Assembly (NCBI GenBank): GCA_003568945.1
Contig: BDIP01000091.1
Span: 1 to 32,094, forward strand
Direction of reading: 5' to 3'
DNA length: 32,094 bases
Source: Kipferlia bialata
Lineage: Eukaryota
The stretch's first letter is position 1; each line of letters begins with the position of its first letter. Of this stretch, positions 21,903 to 32,094 are shown piece by piece. The notes under the pieces were generated by a model, which was not told the origin of the DNA, searched no databases, and was given only the letters and a program-made list of their open reading frames with translations. The position numbers and the translations under genes were made by a program.

Positions 21903-24900
21903 TTACTCACTAGACTCTAGCACACTCTCCAGCATATCCCTGATGGCTATCCCAAAGAACTCATACCCGTAGATGATGTGGGGGATGGTCAGAAGGTTGG
22001 GTTTGGCGTCAATTCGTCTCCTCATCCAGTCCCCCTTCTCCCTCTCTCTCTCTAGATACTGCTCTACTAGAGGTCTTCTGGACTCAGGTTTTGTCCATAC
22101 CCACTGAGTGTCACTATCTCCATGGACATGTTCCTCCCTAGCATGTGCAGTGGGTCGCTCATACTCTAGGTAGGCAGGAAGGACACTCAGGATGATGTCC
22201 GGAGTTGGTAAGGCAAGTGCACAGTGTAGATATGCACCAACATGTCCATGAATAGAAGTGGAAGCGCCGCAGTGTATGGCCACCACTCTGTTCAGGGACC
22301 TCAGCATAAGGGGGCAGTGTACCCCTCCAATGGGGTTGTAGGACACACCGAATGGTAGTGGCTCTCCCATGAGGTCGTCACTCTCCTCAGTGAGACACTC
22401 ACTCTCACTATCAGGGTGTGGGAGGGACTGCCTTGTACTCCCCAGCATCACTGCAGGTGTGTATCCCCCTAGTCCAACTAGAGAGGGTGCAACCATAGAG
22501 GGCAGACACATGCCCGGGTACGAGGGGAGTGACTCTGGTATGCTCAACAAGCACGGTTCGAAGTGCCTGGTTGAGATGTCCCCCTGACAAGCCAGGCTGT
22601 TACACCACTGGGAACCAAACAGATACGCTAGTGAGACTGTTACATGGCTAGTGTCACCGAGTCTCGCTGGCCGCTCCCCTTTGATGCGCTGATACTTGGC
22701 GATTGCGATGGACAGCCGGGTAGCAAGGGTGTTTGCCACACACTCTACAAACAGAGAGTCAGGTACCTCTAGACTGGGGTCTGCCGCTAGTGCCACTAGG
22801 CGATGGAAGGTGTCTACAAAGGGGGCCCATACTCTCACTGTTGACGGGGGATAGGAGTATGTGTTCCTCGTCACAGCCGTGTCCCGCTGCTTCCGCTGTG
22901 TCGTGCCTGGCAGTAAGGTATTGCAGTTAATTACTAATAGAAACAACACACTACAGTAATACACTACCACATCCCTTTACCTCATCAGCAATGCTGATTT
23001 AGCATATAGTCTGTTGATTCAAACCTCACCTGGCAACGACTGAGAGACTACGTACTGGTAGGGCCAGTGCTAACAGTCGTGGGTACTGCTGGGGAAGTGA
23101 TGTGAGTCGGTCCATGTAGCACCCCCCCTTGGCGGAGTCGGGAGAGAGCAGTGCCCCGGGGGGTGGCTGCATGTAGGATGATATCTGATAGCCAGAGAGG
23201 GACATGTGGGTGAGCAGATCCTGGTCCCACTCTACACTGTCGGGTCTCAGTGGATGTACACTCCAGTCAAATGGCCCTTCGTCTCCATCTTGTACATGCC
23301 TACTATATGCTTCCATGACAGAGACCATGGTCCTAGGGTGTCCACAGCACCTGAGCAGAGCAGCCACAGCACGAGGCATATCCTCTCTAGGGACCTCGCA
23401 TCTCTCACCCCCTGGGCTGGGTGTGTACCCCTGTGCCGCAAATGCACGAACTGCAGAGACCTTGGTGATCCCATGTATGTAGTAGTCCACTGGTATGATG
23501 GGTGCATTCCCAGAGTCCCACATCTTGGCGGCGTCATCCCTGCATCTATGTGAGATATATACTACTATTACTCTTATACAGATTATTACTATCAATACTT
23601 ACGTACATTCCCATGGTAGTCAATGCGAAGGAGTCTCCCTCCCACCGTCTCAGCATGTGTTCTCCTCCCTGTAATATCAGTATCAATATAAGTATTGTAT
23701 GTATACATTGTATATATTCAAATTGAGGTATATCAAGAGATGGTTACAGGATCAGTAAAACACAGAGTCACATATGTAGTCGACATATATATATTTGTAT
23801 TCTATGCATACCTTCAGTGTGGCCCTTGGATCTGCCATGAAGTCGTGGATGTAGATTATGTATGGTATGTGGCTGCACTTGGCCCATGGATGCTTTCGCA
23901 TCAGAGAGAGCGCTGTAGCGTCATCTGGGTACATTGCCATGACGGCAGTCATGTTATGGGCGAGTACAGCAGGATCCTCTCTGTCTGTGTACAGTCCACT
24001 CTCTGTTGGATATGACAGACACACAGGCATGTGCGGGGTTGGAGTGTACTCTGTTCGCCCTATCTGGAGAACACGATGACGTTGAAAGAGAAAGTGTCTC
24101 CTCTCCATCTCCCACAAGAATGTGTCGTACATGGAAGGACAGGTCTGCTGCACGATAGACCTGTATATGTGGTCGGTGTCTGTGTGCTTGGCTATGTTGA
24201 CAGAGCGCCCAGAGAGATGTATGTACATGAGGAAGTAGACATGGCTCCTAGCGTGACTTAGCCTCACTGCACGTTCTCTGAGATTGTGCGGGTCAGTCCT
24301 CTGCCAAGATTGAGGTGTGTAGTGGTGCGAGACCCTCTCTATAACAGCCTCCAGGAAGCCCTTCCTTAGGAGTACGGTGTCCAGTACACCACATGCAAAC
24401 TCTGCCTTACCAGAGCCAGGAGTACACTGTGTACTACACAGTCTTGTCACCCCTCCGAACTCCGGCCAGTCTAAGGGCCAGACCACAAGTGTATGTCACT
24501 ACGAGTGTGTCCATACCAAGGAGGGGGCGCCTCCGCTGACCGTTGAAGGGGGGCAGCGTGTTTGCATGGAGTGCTGCTTTGGTCCAAGCCTTGTAGGTGA
24601 GATGTGGATTCGATATACAATGGTCGTATATCATAGTGTCTTGTACCCAGAGATTGGCATGTACTACTCCGTGAGGTCTCTCACCTATACACACACATAT
24701 ACACATATCATTGCATGTACATATATACACACCTCGTATGATCTCTCAGCCTCAGCCTCTGCACTGAGCTCCTGTATCAATGCCAGAGAGTCAGTCAGAG
24801 AGTGAATGCCTCTAGACAGACACTCACTCTTAGGTAGTAACACACACGGCACACACATGGGTGCATACTGTACCCACCCCTCCTCCCCCACACACTCAGC

Positions 24901-26868
24901 TGGGTCGAAGCGCCTCAGGGGGGTGAGGCAGGGGTCTAGCTCCAGTTCAGTGTGGAGAGGTATGTCAGGCACAGGGTAGATGCCGACAACAGGTACACCG
25001 ACCAGTACTATATCACCAGCCGCGGGTGACTCTTTTGGCTTGAACCCCCTACACAGCTTGTTGCGTGTGTCACTTAGGTAGCAAGGGTCCCCTCTCTCGA
25101 GTCTTGCGAAGAGGAGCTCTCTATCCTTCATTGAGGGGAGAGCACCCGTGTATAGCTCTCCACGCACTGAGCTCGTCGTAGTGGGTAGGGCAGACTGTGG
25201 CAAGTCACAGTGTGACAAGTCAGAGAGTGCGTAACTGTCCTCTGCCAGTCTAGTGGAGTAGTGCCAGTGTGTCATGCTGTCAATGCTAGAGAGGGCAGGG
25301 ATATCCTAGGATCAAAGACGTATAGTGTATATATCATAAGTAATGGTATTTACATACTAAAGAATATGGTACGGTTTATGGTATATGGTCCATACAGTGA
25401 CTGGTAGAGAGGGCAGGGATATCCTAAGGGGGTGAGAGACTATATAGTAGACAGTATATATATATATATTATATAGTATATATTATATGGTATATAGTAT
25501 ATAGTATATAGTATATGGAGAGGGCAGGGATATCCTAAGGGGGTGAGAGGTGTATGATGTATAATGTGTTATATGTAGGACGTACCATATTGTATACAGT
25601 ATGCAATATATTATTCATTTGCCAATATATAGTGTATAGAATATTTCATATCATATTGTCAATGATATGCCCTTCTCTATTCCGATCCGCAATAGACTGA
25701 TACCTCAGTATAACCAAATGCCTGCACTTTGTAGCCGGCGGCTGGTGCGGCTATGTTTCGGATAGTGCGGATGCCACTGGTATTAATACTCAATGATAGA
25801 ATGAGAATGGATTACTTCTCATTCTTTCATTACTTTGTTATTTGTACTTAGTGTTAACAGTATTCAATATCACTGGACTCCTGGGGGGGGAGATGGGAGG
25901 TAACGTGGTATGTGCCACTCATTGCATAGTATATACCTAAGGAGTTTCTGTGTCACCTCCCCGTCGTACCTGTTAATACATATTGATGCACATATTACAC
26001 TGTGTAAATGTATAAATGTATATGATACAAATATTATTCACTGAATACCTAATGAACAGGTGTGTCACCTCCCCGTCATACATGTTGATACACATACCTA
26101 AACATATTACATTGTGTATATATGTAATATATACATTGTATATGATGTGTAATATATACCTGATGAACAGCTGTGTCACCTCCCCATCATACATGTTGTG
26201 CTTCACACACACTGTCACAAGGGACTGACCCGATGCAGAGTAGGGGTAGAGGGGGCAGACCTAATAGTGAATGTATGTATACTATATATGATATATACTA
26301 TGTACAATATATATCAATACACAAACTATATGTACTGACCCGATGCAGAATAGGGAGAGAGGGGACATACCTGGGGTCAGTATTAGAACCAATACAGTAG
26401 CTAGTGAATATGAGAAGAGAGAGAGTGGCAGCTGTCCGCTACGACAGTTGTATAGGTGCATGTAGATACAAGTATACGGAGAGAGGCACTAGAGACAGGC
26501 CAGAGGTAGTATCTGGGTAGAGACAGCAGAGTTAGAGTGTGTGGGACAATACATAGAGAGAGAGATATGATACGCGGAGACTCCTGGGAGATCTATATTA
26601 TAGGAAGAGATAGGAGGAGAGGACAGGTCTTGCGTGACCTTAGATTGACAAATACACATACTTACTCACACACACTTATATCAATGTATAGTATATCTAT
26701 ATTGTGATACATATTGGACAGATATACTTTGAATATGTAGATGTGCACCACATCACCATGCAGTGCCAGGGTGGTGGGGGGGCAGATCAAAGACAGAATT
26801 AGCAACAAGTATACCTGCAGGGGATCTTCAAGAGTGGTGGCTGGGACTTGAGAGACATCTACTTCCAT
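21903..26868 (-). CDS. Large protein with a degenerate P-loop NTPase domain, Crinkler/RHS(CR)-like layout
   Basis: Tentative ATG at 26868 (MEVDVSQVPATTLEDPLQ|). Exons join in frame: YDGEVTQKLLR|SPVILNTVNTN|GIRTIRNIAAP...GYTE|DIPALSSIDSMTHW...ERSYE|AWTKAAL...RPLL|DWPEFGGVTRLCSTQCTPGSGKAEF (Walker A-like), then IIYIHDF (Walker B-like) and CCGHPR (GxP/GHPR helical motif). The last exon ends LESVLESSE* at 21903. Confidence 0.75.
25937..26192 (-). repeat. Triplicated 33-nt exon; two copies have lost the AG acceptor
   Basis: 25937-25969 (aacAG|), 26049-26081 (aacAT|) and 26160-26192 (aacAT|). All end AG|GTAT, with ~112 bp spacing. Confidence 0.9.
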
Positions 26869-27269
26869 TTAGAGCTGTCTAAAGGCCAGATGTGATATGA
26901 ACTAGGTCAACCCTTCCAATTTTTGGTGAATCGGATTTTCGGTTGATGTCTGCAAGATAGACAGTCCCTATATTCCATTGACGTGCGTTGATTATCGTCA
27001 TCTCTATGAGAACTTCTCTGTTGGCTGCATATTGAAGACACTCATTTCAATGTGATGACTCAAGAATAGTATCCATTGTAGTGAGATGCAATACTAGTAA
27101 TATGTATCAGATAATCACTAATAGCATCTTGATACTTCATAATCAATGTCTCTATTCTCCTGTTGAGGATTGACGATGACATGGCATCTACATTAGGTGT
27201 GTGTCTAGGGCCTATACTCTAGGCCCTCTATCTCAGGTGAGCAATGGGTAGTCTACACCAGGTATATAC

Positions 27270-30200
27270 CTAGGCCCTCTGCCCCAGGTATGTATCTACT
27301 GGGACGACAGGCACTCCAAGGGCAGAGGCAACAGGGGGGAAGGCTAGGGGTATTAGATATGGCACACATATATACATGTATACTATATATATATAGGGAA
27401 CATCTCTATGTGAGGACAGGTACTCCAAGGGCAACAGGGGGGAAAGCTAGGTGATTAGACATCGACTGATAAGCATGCATATGCAGTTGTGGCTGTCAAG
27501 CAACATAATGGGGAACAAGATGGTATACAGGCGTGACTATTGACGTTCGTGTATGCATATATATATGTATATATGTATGTATGTGTTTAAAATGTGCAGT
27601 AACTTACAGTATGTTTACCAGGCACCAGCCAAAGAAGTATGGTAAGTAGTCGTTCTGAAAGATAGTATGCAATGTAGACATGCACTGAAGATGAACACTA
27701 ATAGCATACCGAGGAAGTAGCCCATCTCGTCCTGCAGTCTCTCTCTCTTGGCCTGTGAGTGCTTCAGCTCACGGACCTAGATTGTCAGTGTCAGTAGTAC
27801 TATAAGACGAGAGAGGGAACAAGGACATGTGGTAAGATATCCATAATGAGATCTTCTCACCTTCTTCTGGTACCTCTCGACCTGTGTCACTGCCTCTGTC
27901 TTCTGATCCTCTCTCCTCATCCTGGGATGAAGGTGGAGTATACTGCATATAGTAGTCATTATTCAATTAATATGTATATAGGGCTTCCCGAAGCAAACGG
28001 TCGCTATGATCATGTCAGATACTACAATGTGATACCTTGGGTTCTTGGCTGCTACCTCAGCCACAAGGACATCATACTCTGCGCACTCAATGTCAGAGTC
28101 TGAGACAGTGGGAGTGGCCTGGGGGTTAATGATACTTCCAATATATTAAGCCATATCCAATCGCTGTCTACAATGTATATGTATTACATAGTAAACGTAC
28201 GCCGCACATACATATGTGTACATACACACACACATATATATATATATTTAAGTATGTATATGCAGATCTATACATATACGTATATGAGTATATACACCCA
28301 CCTTGTACTCCTCCAGCCGCTGCAGTCCCTGCTTCTGCAGAGGTGCCAGCTTGGCAAGTGTCTTTAGGAGAGAATCACTCTGGTCCCGCACCCTCTCCCA
28401 CTCAGTCATGTTCACCCCACGCTGTGAGTGGTTGTTGCAGGTCCCTCCTCTTACACCTATACAGTGCTGGATGCGGTCACAGCATGCAATGAGAGGGGTC
28501 GCCAGACGCAGTACCCCCCTCACATCATCGTTGTAGTCCTCCACCACGACGTACTTGACCTTGTCGGGGAGGGAGAGACTCATAGTGTCACGGGGGAGGG
28601 GGATGAGGCCAATGCTGTCGAGGCTAGCCACTAGCCCCTGAGCCTCAACGATAGAGGACGGTGCCTCGGAATGGTCACGCTGAGAAATGAAGGCCTGACG
28701 TAAACATTTGACTCTGCCAGTCTAAAACTATACGCTAGAGGACTAATACCTGCAGAGAGGCGTGGAACTCCGTGCAGAGACCGGACAGCGAGGCGACCAG
28801 GGCTCCGCAGTCCTCCGAGACCACCTAGGGGGTTAGAAGTGGGAGAGAGAGCAATGCACTAAAAATGGAGAGGAGGTGGGGGTTTGGAGGTGGTGTATTT
28901 GAAATGTAGTGGATAGTGTACCTTCTCCAGTGTGTGCTCAGACATGAATGTCTGAAGGGCTGCCAGCTGAAAGGTGAAACATTATGGGGGGGAGGTATAG
29001 TAGGTGGACCATACTACATTGTGAGGTTGTGTTATCCAAATAATCACGTTGGTATAGGGGTACAAAATGTACCCCATTACCAAACATACATGCCCCTCAA
29101 TCACACTCTGTCTCTATGACATAGTCATATCTCATGTAAACACTATAGCAACCATATAGAAGCCACACTCATATGGATACACAAAACAATTAGTACACAT
29201 ACAGCCTTCTCCTGAAGGCCTGTCCCTCTGGATACCTCGCTCTCTCTCACTCTACATATATATATAGATGTGTGTACTTGTTACCGTCTTCTGGAGGGCG
29301 GTCTCTCTCTCTATATATACATAATGTATACGTATATATATATATATGCACATGCAACAAGCTACCTTCTCCTGGAGGGCTGTCTGACTGCATGCCTCCA
29401 GGGAATCCAGAGCAGAGGACAGGGCTGGAGGGTAAGTGATGACAGTATACCAATCTGTAAATGCCTATTGTACCCCATATACCCTATAATTAATATAGTC
29501 TATATAAACATATACTATATGTTATATGTGTACATCCTGTAAACAGGGGCGAGTGAGGGACTGACCCAATTCACAACACCATAATATTATGCCTACTCAG
29601 CATCCAGTCCCGACTCTAGGAATGAATGAACAGTCATTACCCATACTCCAGTGTATCTATATAGTATATACGGTATGAGTCACACATACCCTCGATATCC
29701 ATGGCCTTGACCCTCTCCGTGAGAGCCTTTACTCTCTCACTGGGAGTGAGAGGCATACTACTAATGTATATTTCCGTACTATCATAGTGGACATACATAC
29801 CGTAGAGAGGGTATATATACTATTATATACAACAGCTCTATGCAGGTACCTCATCTCTGGGTTGAAGTGTGCAAAGTGCTGCATCGGTGTCTGTTCCTCA
29901 GCCTATGGGTCAGACTATACTACATAGTATAAGGATACAGTGTATCAGTATCTCAGTATGATATGTTGTGTATCATTCACAAAATATGGATACTGTTCCT
30001 CAGCCTATGGGTCAGACTCTACTACATCTGGATAAGGATACACTACATAAGGATATGTATACTAATACTGATACTTATTCAACAACATTATACATATATA
30101 TACATGGAGAGACATACATTAGAAGGCGAGAATACAAATATATGGATACAGATATATACATACATACATATATATATATATGTGTATATACCTGAGAGGC

Positions 30201-31404
30201 ACGCTGTACGAGAGACAAATGAGAGGGCGAGTGAGGAGCTACATAAAGATCTATATACATTATATATATACATATATATACATATGTATGTATATATATA
30301 CAAACCTCAGAGGCACTCTGTATGAGCGACATATGAGAGGGCGAGTGAGGACCTATACATAGATACATATGCACTATATACACATATATATATACATACC
30401 TCAGAGGCACCCTCTCTCTCTGGTTAGAAGGCGAGAGTTCATATATTATATATATAAGAGGTATATATATAATATATAATATACATATGTATACATATAC
30501 CTCAGCACCCTCTCTCTTGGGGTCACTGCACTCTGCAGAGATGGATGCACACTCTGCCAGAGTATCTGTCTCCTGTTCCCCTGCAAGTCTGCGGGTTACA
30601 TCATCGTGAAAGAGGGCGTCCAGCTCCTCTTTCAGAGCCTCCTCGTTGGGACCCTCACAGTCGCTGAGACGGAATGGACTTATGGGCCGAGGTCTTGACT
30701 TGTGACGGCCCTCCTCAGTAGCTACCTTCCTAGCCGCACTCTGAGTGGGAAGGCCATCAAGAGAGAGGCCACCCCATCTGGTGTCGTCCTCGATGAGGGC
30801 CTCAATCTTCTCAATGAAACTATCGCTGAGGATGGCATCAAGCTCATCGATAGGGGTAGAGAGGGAAAATGGGACAGCACCCTTCTTCTCGCTGTGAGGC
30901 AGAGAGCGAGGCCCGGTGGCAGTCTCTGGCGAGGGAGGGACTGTTACACCAGTGACATCAGTGACACCACTAGCAGTGGTGGTAATGCTGGGAATGAATC
31001 CCTCACGGGCCCTGGTCCTCTTGACCTCGGCCTCGTAACGGGCCAGGTGCTCTCTGGCCACAGAGTTGGTGACACGGATGTGGTGCTTTCTACACTCCCT
31101 GGTGGATAAGACAACAAATATAGAGTATTTGTGTGAACACAGTGTATTATATACTGAGTATAAATGCCCGACTACAATGCTGTATCGCACTGGAGGACAG
31201 TATGATTATCCTACATTCTCATTCCAGTATATATACATACTACTGGCTATATTACTATGTAGAGTATCATACATATACCGTATAGTATAGTGGGTGATAG
31301 TAGGAGAGTGCATACTATCAATAATGTACACAGTACCTGGTGTGTGTCACCAGCTCAGTGGTAGGGATCAGTTCACTGCAGAACATGCACTGGATAGGTT
31401 CCAT
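27270..31404 (-). CDS. Multi-exon protein: N-terminal C2HC (UBZ/TRAF-like) zinc finger, low-complexity linker, helical C-terminal half
   Basis: ATG at 31404, MEPIQCMFCSELIPTTELVTHTR|ECRKHH (CxxC-x11-H-x3-C). Further exons: ...KREGAE|AEEQTPMQHF..., ALSSALDSLEACSQTALQEK|LAALQTFMSEHTLEK|VVSEDCG...|AFISQRD...LEEYK|ATPTVSD...|VRELKHSQAKRERLQDEMG, ending AFPPVASALGVPVVPVDTYLGQRA* at 27270. Confidence 0.75.
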
Positions 31405-31708
31405 ATTGATCTAGGCTCAGCTTAGTGTGTCGAGAGAGAGAGAGAGTGAGGCCAGCCGCAGCCGAGCTCGGCCATATCTTCCGAATCGGAGATTTTTGGC
31501 AATAAGGGTTCCATTCGGAGGCCATGAAATGTCGTTTCAACTGCTATCGACCTCTACAAGACATACTGACCTGGATAACGATTCTATTTTCTCACTGCCT
31601 GCTCACGAAACACTTATAAAAACACTGGTGGCCAACGACCAACCATCACTAGGCACTATTATCAAAGACTCGTATATATGTGTCACACACACACACTCTC
31701 TAGGCCCT

Positions 31709-31952
31709 TTAGTCACTCTCCTCCATAGAGACATCGCCCTGCTCCCCCTCACTCTCAGCCTCACTCTCAGGCTCTGGCACTGGCTCCTTGTCCTTGGCAG
31801 AGAGGGTGTTGCCCCCGAACATACGGGACATCACAGCAGCCCTGGGGTGAGATACTATTTTTATACGTAAATATACATAAGATAGTGAGTAACAATACTA
31901 ACCTGGACTCTGGGGCAACATAGAACCTGGGCTCCACAAACCCAACCAGCTC
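31709..31952 (-). CDS. Last two exons of a probable AATF/Bfr2 (TRAUB-domain) nucleolar protein; the rest lies beyond the window
   Basis: Exons 31952-31903 and 31841-31709 give ELVGFVEPRFYVAPESR|AAVMSRMFGGNTLSAKDKEPVPEPESEAESEGEQGDVSMEESD*. This resembles the AATF C-terminal KLVNFMAP...SLFG pattern as I recall it; only ~27 informative residues are visible. Confidence 0.5.
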
Positions 31953-31973
31953 CTGAGGGTAAGAGAGGCATCT

Positions 31974-32044
31974 AGAGAGAGAGAGAGAGAGAGAGAGACA
32001 GCTAGAGACAGCTAGAGAGAGAGAGAGAGGGAGAGAGAGACAGC

Positions 32045-32094
<50 letters not shown>
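31974..32094. repeat. (GA)n microsatellite with interspersed CAGCTA units, intronic
   Basis: Directly visible. Confidence 0.95.

Noticed and set aside
24665..24684. Possible stop (VRDLTE*) splitting the NTPase gene in two
   Set aside because: A downstream acceptor (cctacaag|gcttgg, ~24590) joins the exons in frame, so a single gene is more parsimonious. This is unconfirmed without cDNA.
31427..31870. Plus-strand 147-aa ORF
   Set aside because: It has a non-ATG start and spans a promoter region and the antisense of the AATF-like last exon.
1..32094. tRNA, rRNA, transposase or reverse transcriptase genes that could explain the echoes
   Set aside because: None recognised by eye in this window. 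A tRNAscan/Rfam/RepeatModeler run would be needed to exclude them.

Overview
Intron-rich eukaryotic genomic DNA, not prokaryotic. Short GC-rich exons, GT-AG introns full of (TA)n/(GA)n, and a branch point almost fused to the 3' splice site (CTRAC..YAG) suggest a metamonad; the style resembles Kipferlia bialata (my inference). Manual splicing gives about 11 genes: a plant-NUDX14-type Nudix hydrolase (136-2738, 5'-truncated), a large hypothetical protein (2991-7961, -), two small divergent genes (8213-8888 -, 8985-9515 + Cys-rich), a KH-domain gene (10532-~12959 +), a possible small gene (13035-13415 -), a Gly-rich/collagen-like protein with a 3.1 kb last exon (13580-19441 -), a weak beta-rich gene (~20563-21660 +), a degenerate P-loop NTPase with Crinkler-like layout (21903-26868 -), a Zn-finger/helical protein (27270-31404 -) and the 3' end of a probable AATF/Bfr2 (31709-31952 -). 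The most striking signal is about 30 'junction echoes': introns and 3' flanks of four genes hold 14-62 nt copies of the neighbouring exon end with its splice site or stop codon. Where splice-junction echoes differ from the live exon, the differences are mostly synonymous, including Ser AGY<->TCN swaps. They look like archived pieces of other functional alleles rather than decaying duplicates. An assembly artefact must be excluded with reads. Exon boundaries were set by eye, without transcript data.
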